Positions 20,355 to 29,597 of a stretch of 64,000 nucleotides of DNA are shown in pieces. The stretch is from contig JAFCCC010000001.1 in NCBI GenBank assembly GCA_017610385.1, forward strand, positions 94,960-158,959. Direction: 5' to 3'. This DNA is from Candidatus Nanohalarchaeota archaeon. GTDB taxonomy: Archaea > Nanohalarchaeota > Nanosalinia > Nanosalinales > JAFCCC01. Every line of letters begins with the position of its first letter. The stretch's first letter is position 1. The translations under genes were made by a program, and so were the position numbers. The notes beneath the pieces were generated by a model. The model was not told the DNA's origin, did not search any database, and was given only the letters and a program-made list of their open reading frames with translations.

Positions 20355-21929
20355 ATGATGAGAACATTAATAATTCCGGCAGCAGGCCATAATCTTCGTA
20401 TGAAAGAATATTACTTTCCAAAATGCTTATTGCCAGTACATCAAAGACCGATTTTATTTCGAATTATCCATTCTTGGAAAAAGTTTATTGATCAAGTAAT
20501 TATTGTGGTTAATAAACAAAATCACGAAATGATCAAAGAATATATGGATAAGTATTTTACCCTAACAAATATTTCGGTTGAGTATTGCGTTCAAACTAGA
20601 AATGGGGGGACGTACTTTGCAGTTAAGCTCGCGTTAGAAAAAGCGAAAAATGATCAAGTAATCTTGAATTGGTCTGATGTATGCCTAACGAAACCTTCTA
20701 AATTAAATGCGTTTATGGATATTGAAGAGAAAAACTTGATTTTTACTACAGATAAAGTAAGATGCCGTTGGAAGTTTGATGACCAAAAATTTATTCAGGA
20801 TGAAAGTTATATTAGTTTAGATGATGGCATATTCGGCGTTTTTGTAATGAATAAAGTAAATGGAACTTTCTTAAAAAACATATCTGAAAAAGACAAAGAA
20901 GTTGAAATTTTGGAGGCTATGGACTCCAGTTCCTGCCTCAAAATAGACTTTGAAGATTTTGAGGACATAGGCGATCCAAAGAAGTACGGGTTGAATGTGC
21001 GTGGAGCCCAACAGAACGTTAGGGCTTTTGGATCACATAGCAAAATATACCAAAATAAGTCCTTTGTTATCAAAAAAAATAGTGATCCAAAACTTCAAGT
21101 TAATGAAATTAACTGGTATAAAAATAGTAATTTTTCATTTACGCCGAAAGTATACAGCTATGAGCCATTAATTTTACAAAAACTCCCTGCGGCCCCCATC
21201 GCAGAAAAACTCACCGAAGCAAATGAAGTTTTTGAAACAGAGGTAATATCCAATTTATTTGATATAGTTCAAGAAATTCATAACTTCAAAGAGCCTGTAG
21301 ACGCCAAAAATGATGATTCGTATGAACAATACATTGGAAAAACGATTAAAAGATTGGAAAAAATTAATTTTCTGTTTAAAGAATTTAATCAAAGTTCCTT
21401 CAAGATTAACGGTATTTTATGCAAGAATCCTCTGACACTACTAAAGGAAAAGGAGGAAGATATTAAATCTCAATTTACTAGAGAATTTAGATTCATTCAT
21501 GGAGATCTCCAAACATCAAATGTATTAATAGACAATAATAAGTCACTTTATGTGATAGATCCGAGAGGTTATTTCGGAAATAACCGACTTTACGGTGATC
21601 CTGCATACGACTTTGCTAAAATGTATTATGGGTTCTGTGGGGGGTATCATACATTTAGTAAAGGAAATAATCAATTCATTATACAGAATGGTGGGTTCGA
21701 AATTTTGCCGTTAATTCCAAAAACCATTGTAGAAAGAAGACGAAAAACATATATGAAGCTGCTTAAGAACATAAATTATAATAATATAACAGAAAGGAAG
21801 ATTGATTTATTACACGCCATAATTTGGATTTCTGTAGCAGAATATACTTCAAATGACGTTCTTAGTGCCATGTATGCTTATTTAAAAGGAACTTTACTAT
21901 TAAATCAATATTTCGGAGGTTTGAAATGA
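20355..21929 (+). CDS. Nucleotidyltransferase fused to APH/choline-kinase-like phosphotransferase
   Basis: N: LIIPAAG.NLRM...PKCLLPV, NWSD; C: FIHGDLQTSNVL, IDPRGYFG, YGDPAYDFAK. Confidence 0.8.
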   Translation: MMRTLIIPAAGHNLRMKEYYFPKCLLPVHQRPILFRIIHSWKKFIDQVIIVVNKQNHEMIKEYMDKYFTLTNISVEYCVQTRNGGTYFAVKLALEKAKNDQVILNWSDVCLTKPSKLNAFMDIEEKNLIFTTDKVRCRWKFDDQKFIQDESYISLDDGIFGVFVMNKVNGTFLKNISEKDKEVEILEAMDSSSCLKIDFEDFEDIGDPKKYGLNVRGAQQNVRAFGSHSKIYQNKSFVIKKNSDPKLQVNEINWYKNSNFSFTPKVYSYEPLILQKLPAAPIAEKLTEANEVFETEVISNLFDIVQEIHNFKEPVDAKNDDSYEQYIGKTIKRLEKINFLFKEFNQSSFKINGILCKNPLTLLKEKEEDIKSQFTREFRFIHGDLQTSNVLIDNNKSLYVIDPRGYFGNNRLYGDPAYDFAKMYYGFCGGYHTFSKGNNQFIIQNGGFEILPLIPKTIVERRRKTYMKLLKNINYNNITERKIDLLHAIIWISVAEYTSNDVLSAMYAYLKGTLLLNQYFGGLK

Positions 21930-23014
21930 ATCAAGAATTTGACTGGTTAATATCTGACGTAGATGGTATTCTAACAGATGGCGGTCATTATTATACTGCA
22001 GAGGGAAAGCTTATGAAAAAATTTGGAAGTAATGATAAAGATGCCCTAAAGAAACTAAATGAATTATATGTTAAAGAAATTGTTTTTATTACTGCAGACA
22101 AATTAGGTTACTCCATTTCCTGCAAGAGAATTAAGCGAGATTGGGGTCTTAATTTGAAGTTGATACCGATAGATAAAAGAAATGATTTTTTTAAGCAATT
22201 AAAAGGCAAAAAAATCTATATCGGGGATGGAATTCATGATGCGGAAGATTTCGAAGGAATAGATTTGTCTTTTGCTTTAAATAATTCTACACCGCAAGCA
22301 AAGAAAAACGCTTCAGTGGTTTTAGACACATCTAGCGGAAATAACGTATTTCCATACCTTTTAGAATTCTTGGGTCGCCGAAAGTTAAAAATTGAAAAAC
22401 CTACTGAGTCTGAAGAAACCTTAGACGCTTCTGAATTATATAGGATGTTAAAACAAATCAATTTGATTCCAGAAAAACGACAAGAAATTAATAGATTTTG
22501 TAATTCTATTAAAAATAGTTATACCGAAAAAAACAAAATTGTTTTGTGTGGTGTCGGGAAAAACGCGCTTCTAGCGAATTTAATTTGTGAATTTTTATAT
22601 CCATATAACATTACGTCAGTAGTTTTAGATCCGCATAGGGCGTTGCATGGAAATTTAGGTCTTCTAGAAAAAGACGACATATTAATTATGACTTCTAAAA
22701 GTGGTAATACTGCAGAATTAGTTCACTTGATGAAATGTCTTCAAAATAAGGGAGATATCGAAAATAAATTTTTACTTACATGTAATAAAGACTGTGAACT
22801 GGCGAAATACGATATAAAATGTATCCTTTCTGTCCCTGTATCTGATGAAGTTTCGCGATTTAATCATTCTCCTCAGACAACTTTCGTGGTTTTTGCAATT
22901 ATTTTATTTTTGGTGGTAAATGCTTTAGCAAATACAAAAGAAATGACTCAGATAGATTATTTGTTGAATCACCAAGCAGGAGAAATCGGAAAGGTTTTAC
23001 GCAATGAAAGATAA
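21926..23014 (+). CDS. KdsC-like HAD phosphatase fused to KdsD-like SIS sugar-phosphate isomerase
   Basis: DVDGILTDG, IGDGIHD (HAD); GVGKN, ALHGNLG, SKSGNTAEL, NHQAGEIG (KpsF/KdsD-like SIS, no CBS pair). Confidence 0.8.
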   Translation: MNQEFDWLISDVDGILTDGGHYYTAEGKLMKKFGSNDKDALKKLNELYVKEIVFITADKLGYSISCKRIKRDWGLNLKLIPIDKRNDFFKQLKGKKIYIGDGIHDAEDFEGIDLSFALNNSTPQAKKNASVVLDTSSGNNVFPYLLEFLGRRKLKIEKPTESEETLDASELYRMLKQINLIPEKRQEINRFCNSIKNSYTEKNKIVLCGVGKNALLANLICEFLYPYNITSVVLDPHRALHGNLGLLEKDDILIMTSKSGNTAELVHLMKCLQNKGDIENKFLLTCNKDCELAKYDIKCILSVPVSDEVSRFNHSPQTTFVVFAIILFLVVNALANTKEMTQIDYLLNHQAGEIGKVLRNER

Positions 23015-23927
23015 ATACTGCTATTTTGGAGAATTTGGATATTTGCATATGGAGCTTTTAGGCAGTTTAGAGAAATACTTTACACAAAACCCTAAAAAGA
23101 AACTTGAATTATGCACTTATTTACAGTATGGCCAATTATTATCGTATTTATTTCCCGAGAATTTGATTATTTCAACCATTTCTTGGGACTTTAACGAGCG
23201 ATTTAGATGTGGACACCAATATACTGAACAACACTTCCAAGAGCAATTACAAAGGGGGGGTTATACTAAAAACCTCATTAATTTTTTACGAGAAAATGTG
23301 AATTGTGATGAGCGTGCTAAAGGCTGTTTTGCAAATAGGTTTTTGAGTTCTGTATTAAATGTTAGAATCCATTTTATTTCTAAAGCATTAACGTATGGAA
23401 AAGCAAAGAAAAAACAATATCTCAGCATTTTTCCGAGACTCCGAAATTTAGATGCTTATCGAAATCTGGATCAAAAAACTTGGAAAACAATAATTGATTA
23501 TCTTTTAGAAACATATCCTTACAAAATCGTAGTTCATGGAGCTGAATCAGAATTTATGAAATTTGACAATCCTCGCTTAGTATACCCAAAATCGCCGTTA
23601 GAACAAATTAAATATTTTAATGAATCTTTTGTTTGTATTACAACAACATCGGGTATAGCACAGTTTGCGGCGAATTGTGCGTGCGATGTACTAATTCTAG
23701 ATAAATTCTATGGATTAGTTCAAGATTTTAATCCTTTTAATAGAATAATCACGATGTGTAATCCAAAACAGTTGTTAGAAACAACACTATTAGAAAAAGT
23801 AATTCATCTGAGTACTGTGGAAGAAAGTGGAACGCAATTCCGAGAATCTCTCAAAAATAGGTTCTGGTACAATCAAATGAGATACAAAGTTCTTGTAGGT
23901 AATAAACTACAGAAACTTATGAAGTAA
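23004..23927 (+). CDS. GT9-like (GT-B) glycosyltransferase, paralog of 19271..20299
   Basis: YFGEFG, LELCTY, LSIFPRLRNLDAYRN, YKIVVHG, YPKSPLEQI, SGIAQFA. Confidence 0.55.
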   Translation: MKDKYCYFGEFGYLHMELLGSLEKYFTQNPKKKLELCTYLQYGQLLSYLFPENLIISTISWDFNERFRCGHQYTEQHFQEQLQRGGYTKNLINFLRENVNCDERAKGCFANRFLSSVLNVRIHFISKALTYGKAKKKQYLSIFPRLRNLDAYRNLDQKTWKTIIDYLLETYPYKIVVHGAESEFMKFDNPRLVYPKSPLEQIKYFNESFVCITTTSGIAQFAANCACDVLILDKFYGLVQDFNPFNRIITMCNPKQLLETTLLEKVIHLSTVEESGTQFRESLKNRFWYNQMRYKVLVGNKLQKLMK

Positions 23928-23966
23928 GACGGAAAAGGTTTATTTTTTGGGAAAATGTGCACAGAA

Positions 23967-24938
23967 TTAAAGCAACAAAAGAGGACCAATAATACATAAT
24001 ACCACTTCTAGCGTGATAATACAAAACACAACTTTCTTTTCAGTTGCTTTTTTGCCCATAAACACGTGAGTTAAAGAGTAAATTTTTGGGTATGGTCTGT
24101 GCAAAGTTCCGTCTTTTTGTGGAATTCCAAAGGATTCTGCCTTTAATTTGCTTCTAAGTTTTAGTGCTCCCTCTATGAAGTACGGAATAAACAACAATAA
24201 AGCCAATTTCTCCATGTTTCCTAAAATAGCCACAATGGCGATAAGAGCACCTATTGGATATGTTAAAGAGTCTCCTGGGAAAACTTTGCTCGGGTATTTA
24301 TTAAATGTTAAAAATCCCAATAAACAGGCGACCATTGAGAAAGCGATTGCAGATAAACCAATTTGCCCTTGGGAATATGCAATGGAACCCATGGTAGATA
24401 AAATAACCGTTCCCATCAATGCTTCTAAGCCATTTAACCCTGCAAGTATATTAAAGGCATTGGACGCACCAATAATCGCAATTGGGATAATAACCAGAGC
24501 ATATAACCAACTTAAATCTACAGAACCAATAAATGGAAGATTCATAATTGAATTACCCGCATTAATTACAATCAACGGAATAGCAATTGGGATAGTTAAT
24601 AAAGGCTTTTGCCACTGTTTCAATCCTTTTTTCCAACCCAAAATATCATCTACAAATCCAATAAATCCAGCAAGCAATACAGAAACCAATACTGCGAAAA
24701 CTACAACCAAATTAGCGTCTGTATGAAAAATAAATGTCTTAATAAACACGTAACCAAGCAACGCAATAGCAAAAGACACTAAAACAGCTATGCCACCTGA
24801 TTCTGCAACCAACGGTTTATCTAACTTATTCATATCTTTTCCAGTTAGGTTAGAACGTCTAGCGACCTTAATCCAAGATTTAGTAAAAAATAAACTTACA
24901 AAGAATAAAACAACATAAAGTATAATTTGCCCCCACAT
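23967..24938 (-). CDS. aglH: UDP-GlcNAc:dolichol-phosphate GlcNAc-1-phosphate transferase (AglH/GPT family)
   Basis: GKDMNK...VAESGG, GFVDD, NAFNILAGLNGLE, FNKYPSKVFPGD; polytopic. Confidence 0.85.
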   Translation of the reverse strand: MWGQIILYVVLFFVSLFFTKSWIKVARRSNLTGKDMNKLDKPLVAESGGIAVLVSFAIALLGYVFIKTFIFHTDANLVVVFAVLVSVLLAGFIGFVDDILGWKKGLKQWQKPLLTIPIAIPLIVINAGNSIMNLPFIGSVDLSWLYALVIIPIAIIGASNAFNILAGLNGLEALMGTVILSTMGSIAYSQGQIGLSAIAFSMVACLLGFLTFNKYPSKVFPGDSLTYPIGALIAIVAILGNMEKLALLLFIPYFIEGALKLRSKLKAESFGIPQKDGTLHRPYPKIYSLTHVFMGKKATEKKVVFCIITLEVVLCIIGPLLLL

Positions 24939-24989
24939 TTTAACACCCTCTGGTACAATACTTCATAACAGCACAACACTCAAGATCCT

Positions 24990-25661
24990 TCATTTCTCTA
25001 AAATGTAAATTCCTCCAAAATTTTTGATTATCTTAAAATTTGTACGTGAAAGTAGATCTTGAAGTTCTATATGAGAATATCTTGAAACAGTAACCAAAAA
25101 ACCACATCCGCCAAAAGTACGATAAATTTTAGAAGTCAACAACCACAATGCGGAATGTAATCTATGCTTCATGGAAGGCGCTTTTAGTGCAAACTGCACC
25201 GCACAACGTCCGTTTTGAGCAAGATTCTGATAAAATTTTTCCAAAGTTCGTAAAGACAAATAGGCTGGCAAATGATAAAAAGTCTCAAGACAAATAATTG
25301 CATCTACTGGTTGTTCTAACTTCAATTCGGACAAATCTTGCAAAATAAGACGATAATTTTTAAAATTATGATTTTTTAATACCGTGTCTGCTTTTTTTAA
25401 GGCGGTAGGAGACACATCAACACCCAAAACTCTGTAATTTAAACCAAGAAGCTGAGTTGCAATTCGCGCCAAGGGACCGATTCCAGCATCAAGAATTGCG
25501 CCATCTTGTTTGATTTTGGGTAAAATTTCCTTTTTTATGATTTCTATATCTGAATCCGTATGCATCTGAATAACCTTGGCGCTCGCAGTCTTTCCTAAAA
25601 CTACGTGTTCTGATCGTTGTTTTTTTGACTTTTCTTCCCACACTGTAGAATACCATTTCAC
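24990..25661 (-). CDS. Class I SAM-dependent methyltransferase
   Basis: ILDAGIGP, VLGVDVS, D.IICLETFYHL. Confidence 0.8.
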   Translation of the reverse strand: MKWYSTVWEEKSKKQRSEHVVLGKTASAKVIQMHTDSDIEIIKKEILPKIKQDGAILDAGIGPLARIATQLLGLNYRVLGVDVSPTALKKADTVLKNHNFKNYRLILQDLSELKLEQPVDAIICLETFYHLPAYLSLRTLEKFYQNLAQNGRCAVQFALKAPSMKHRLHSALWLLTSKIYRTFGGCGFLVTVSRYSHIELQDLLSRTNFKIIKNFGGIYILEK

Positions 25662-28243
25662 CCCGAATCCACCTCGTAAGTTAGAATCTTCCAGATTTTT
25701 ACAAATCCGTTATCAAAAACTTTTTCAAATTCTGGCATTTCGTTTCCGTCTCTTAAATACAATTTGACTAAATTTGCATTAACAGATTCTTTAGGAACAT
25801 AAACCAAACCAGACATTCCATAGTATGGATCAAAATGAGGACAGCCGGGAATTGTTGGCGAGTCCTCAGGAACTGCGAACTTTTTTATCCCATTTTTCGA
25901 ACAAAAAGTACTAAAATGTGCTGTGTTTCCTGCATAATCTCTGAAAATTGGTGCAGCAGTAACAGTTAAAGATGTATTTGAAATCAAAACAGGGATAAAA
26001 ATCTTTGGAGAATTTGTTACACAGTTTGCACCCGATTTAACACAATAAGTTAGGTACGTTTTTCCTTCTGATTGTGCTTGTTTTTCAAACTGAAAATTTT
26101 GTAAAACAGTATACTTAGAATTATTTCTATTGTGAATTTGAGTAACCGCAGAATATTTTCCAATCATAGTATAATCTAATACAATATAATTAACTCCAAA
26201 ATCCTTAAGCCACCCCAACCACGAATCATATTCCTGGTCACTAAAAAAATCAGCTAGTCTTTCATGAATTAAGTCTCCATTATCAAAAGTGTATGTGTTT
26301 CCACCCCCATCTGCGAATGCAGGTCTAGAGCCTATAACTTCAAACCAGTATCCATAATCCCACCAAGATAAAACAGTAGAATTTGCGGGCGTTTCAAGTC
26401 TTAAGTAATCTAAACTTTCCATCCATGCTTTGTTAGGAGAACCACCAATTCCCTTCGCCATAGAGTCTGCATTAACTATATTGATTCTAATGGTTGGGAT
26501 TAATATTAATGTCAAAATAATTAAAAAAACCCCAATTTTTGCATAATTTGCTTTAATTGATTTAATTTGTTTAGAGATAAACTCTCCGAGTTGAGTTATC
26601 AGTAGTGAATTTTTAATCTCAGTAATTAACATAACAAAGCCGTATCCTGCAAAGAATGCAACCGGCTGAGCAGTCAAGAAAATAATTCTTGCTTTTTGGG
26701 CTGACCCGTATAAAGCAGACAATAACCACAACAAAAGCAAGATATAATACCACTTAAACTCAATTTTACGAGTAATTTTTTCTGAATTAAACAAGGAAAG
26801 CAAAATAATGCTCGTAATCATTATTATAAGATATGGAGTAAAAATTAAGCTGAAGTTCTGAACTGTGATATTTTTCATGAGCATAAATAACATTAAAATC
26901 AATGCAAACATGGAAGCGAAGCTTATTCCATAAACCGTCCTCGCAGAAACTTCATCTTTCTTTTTAAATTTGCGATAAAACATTAATAAAATCAATGTTC
27001 CCATCACTGTTAAGCCAACTAAAGCAAAAGTCCAAGGACTAAAATATTCTGAAAATTTAGATAAAAATGAAGATAAATGTGCTTTTGCTCCAAAAGCGCC
27101 TAACTGACTTACAGTTTGCATCGCAGATGCAGGATTATTCTCCGCAACCGTGTTTCCAACAACTCCTGACGTTGAACGACTTTGTGACGCCAGACGAATT
27201 AATCCAGTAGTATATTTAGACATGTTTTGAGAAAATAATGGCATTAAAAGAAGTATGAAAAGACCAATTACACATAAAACAGGAATGAGATAGGGTAATT
27301 TTTTCTTGGAAACCCCTTTGTATTTGCCCGCGAGGTATCTTATCCAAATTAAACCTAAAATGCCCATAGAAGCTAAAAATAAGGAACTAGGAATTCTAAA
27401 TGACCCACTACTCAAAGCAAATGCCAAGAAATTCCCTATTAATAATGTTGGAGTAAAGGCGCAAACCAGTGCTTCTGTGTCTTCATTAAACAATAAAACA
27501 ATGAATGCTGTAAGCGGATACAATAAAAATAAGTGTTGTGTTCCCCCCCAGGAAGTCATTGAAATCGCTAAAAAGATTCCAGAAAGAATTCCTGCGCCCC
27601 AGGATTTTCTCTTCCATGCACGAACAATAAAATAAATTGATAAAAGCATTAAAACGCCTGCAATAGCTTCTTTTTCAAACCAGCCAGCAGAAGATCTGTG
27701 TAAAACCGCCGCAGAGGTGGCTAAGAAAAAAGAAGAAGAAAGACCGACCCATTTATTAGAAACTTCTTTGCCAATAAAATACATTACAACAACCATTAAA
27801 GCCCCCATTAATGCTGGATAAATTTGGGTCCAGCTTAAAAAATCAATATTTGTCAACCAATTGAAAAATTTAAACAAATACGCAGGAATTGCACTTTCTC
27901 CTGCGAAAAAACCAAAGGAAGTTGGAGCAGAATATGGAAAAGACCTTAAAAAATCTACAACTGGAACTGCGCCATATTTAACAATACTATAACTCATTTT
28001 AGAAATCTGATAAGGGTCCAAAGCCTGAAGATATTGTATAGATTTTAAAGGAATCAGTCGAATCTTCATTGCAAGGTAAAAGATTAATAATAATAATGCT
28101 GGCGGGAGCGCTTTCCAAAACGTGTTCTTTACCCAACGCCATTTCACCTTTTGAATAAAGTTCATAAGCATAATTTCAAATTGGAAGTTAAGTTTAAATG
28201 CTTTCATTAAGTTGTTAATAAAAAGATGACAAAAACGAATCAA
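25658..28243 (-). CDS. aglB: Oligosaccharyltransferase AglB (STT3); true start probably near 28168
   Basis: LDPY, RSSAGWFEKE, TVAEN, LSWWDYGYW, DYTMIGK; multi-TM N-half. Confidence 0.95.
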   Translation of the reverse strand: MIRFCHLFINNLMKAFKLNFQFEIMLMNFIQKVKWRWVKNTFWKALPPALLLLIFYLAMKIRLIPLKSIQYLQALDPYQISKMSYSIVKYGAVPVVDFLRSFPYSAPTSFGFFAGESAIPAYLFKFFNWLTNIDFLSWTQIYPALMGALMVVVMYFIGKEVSNKWVGLSSSFFLATSAAVLHRSSAGWFEKEAIAGVLMLLSIYFIVRAWKRKSWGAGILSGIFLAISMTSWGGTQHLFLLYPLTAFIVLLFNEDTEALVCAFTPTLLIGNFLAFALSSGSFRIPSSLFLASMGILGLIWIRYLAGKYKGVSKKKLPYLIPVLCVIGLFILLLMPLFSQNMSKYTTGLIRLASQSRSTSGVVGNTVAENNPASAMQTVSQLGAFGAKAHLSSFLSKFSEYFSPWTFALVGLTVMGTLILLMFYRKFKKKDEVSARTVYGISFASMFALILMLFMLMKNITVQNFSLIFTPYLIIMITSIILLSLFNSEKITRKIEFKWYYILLLLWLLSALYGSAQKARIIFLTAQPVAFFAGYGFVMLITEIKNSLLITQLGEFISKQIKSIKANYAKIGVFLIILTLILIPTIRINIVNADSMAKGIGGSPNKAWMESLDYLRLETPANSTVLSWWDYGYWFEVIGSRPAFADGGGNTYTFDNGDLIHERLADFFSDQEYDSWLGWLKDFGVNYIVLDYTMIGKYSAVTQIHNRNNSKYTVLQNFQFEKQAQSEGKTYLTYCVKSGANCVTNSPKIFIPVLISNTSLTVTAAPIFRDYAGNTAHFSTFCSKNGIKKFAVPEDSPTIPGCPHFDPYYGMSGLVYVPKESVNANLVKLYLRDGNEMPEFEKVFDNGFVKIWKILTYEVDSG

Positions 28244-28696
28244 ATTACTAAAAAGAAAAATGAACTTTTAACTTTCTTAAACAAGTTCGATAAAAATTAT
28301 TTATATTTAGGATTAACAATTGCCATTATTCTTTTAATTATGATAATTCATACTGCAAAAATTGAAAACAATTCGTTCTCTTTTGGTTTTTGTAATTATA
28401 GCATAAGTTGTTCTGGAATTTCATTAGGTAATGTATGTTTAGGAGGCAAAGTGAAAAGTGTTTCTTGTATAAATCCTGAAAATTATACAGAAGAATATAG
28501 AATGGTAGAAATGAATTGCGCGTTAGAAGCAAATGCTATCTGTAAATCTCCAGAGGTTGAAGATTTTGAATGGATTAATTCTTCAGAATATAACGGGAAA
28601 AATTGTCAAGAGTGGAAAGCAATTTATCCAAAGATAACTTTAATAAGTTGTAATCAAACCTTTGCAGATATAACTCAGTATTCCTTATTGCGGTGA
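28226..28696 (+). CDS. Membrane-anchored Cys-rich hypothetical protein
   Basis: One TM helix followed by eight Cys; co-oriented and close to secF. Confidence 0.6.
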   Translation: MTKTNQITKKKNELLTFLNKFDKNYLYLGLTIAIILLIMIIHTAKIENNSFSFGFCNYSISCSGISLGNVCLGGKVKSVSCINPENYTEEYRMVEMNCALEANAICKSPEVEDFEWINSSEYNGKNCQEWKAIYPKITLISCNQTFADITQYSLLR

Positions 28697-28706
28697 GATG
28701 TAAATT

Positions 28707-29597
28707 ATGATCAAAATTAATATTGAATCAAAGTTTAGAAAAACATTTAGTTCGATCTGGAAGAATTACGAAAAGTTTTTAGTAATTCCAATCTTGTTGG
28801 TTGTATTATCTGTAGCAATCATTGGAATTAATTATCAAAAAAATGGTTGGTTTTTAAAGAAAGGTATTGATTTTTCTGGTGGAACCGAAGTTATATTGTC
28901 TGTTCAAGGAGATCTAAATTTTGTTGGAGGTGTTTTTGAAAAAATAACTGGTTCAGAAGTAGTTATAAGAACTCTTGGTTCTGGAGAAGAACGGTGGGTT
29001 TCATTTACTACCGCAAAACATCTAGAAAAAGAGTCTTTGGAAGCGAAATTAACAGAAGAGGGTGTTACTTATTCCGGATTAAGTCTCAGAAATTTGGGTT
29101 CATCGGTTTCCTCAGCTTTCTTTAAACAGGCATTAATTGCACTAATTGTTGCTTTTATTTTAATGAGTCTGGTTGTTTTTATTGCATTCCGAACAGCAAT
29201 TCCTTCTGCAGCTGCTATTTTATCTGTTGTAGTAGATATAACAATTGCTATTGGCTTAATGTCTTTGTTTAATATAGAATTAACACTGGGTTCTTTAGCC
29301 GCGTTATTAATGTTAATTGGTTATTCTGTTGATACTGACATTTTACTCTCAACGAGAATAATTAAAGATCGTACTGGAAATTTAGAAGAAATAACATTTG
29401 GTGCAATGAAAACTGGACTAACTATGTCTGTAACATCAATCTCTGCCTTCTTGGTCTTATTATTTGTTTCTTCGTCCGCGACATTAGATTCAATTGCCAT
29501 TGTAATTATATTTGGGTTGCTAGCAGATATTCCCTCAACTTGGTTCCAGAACGCAGTGATTTTAAAAAGATACGCAGAAAAGAGGTTTAAAAAATGA
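28707..29597 (+). CDS. secF: Protein translocase subunit SecF
   Basis: GIDFSGGT, LIGYSVDTDILL, D..STW.QNA. Confidence 0.93.
   Translation: MIKINIESKFRKTFSSIWKNYEKFLVIPILLVVLSVAIIGINYQKNGWFLKKGIDFSGGTEVILSVQGDLNFVGGVFEKITGSEVVIRTLGSGEERWVSFTTAKHLEKESLEAKLTEEGVTYSGLSLRNLGSSVSSAFFKQALIALIVAFILMSLVVFIAFRTAIPSAAAILSVVVDITIAIGLMSLFNIELTLGSLAALLMLIGYSVDTDILLSTRIIKDRTGNLEEITFGAMKTGLTMSVTSISAFLVLLFVSSSATLDSIAIVIIFGLLADIPSTWFQNAVILKRYAEKRFKK

Noticed and set aside
21926-23014. Canonical Kdo/LPS biosynthesis
   Set aside because: No kdsA, kdsB or lipid A genes in the window; host is archaeal
24148-24726. Long antisense ORFs (this one, 30256..30714, 43770..44135, 17376..17732 and similar)
   Set aside because: Shadows of well-supported genes on the opposite strand with no motifs of their own
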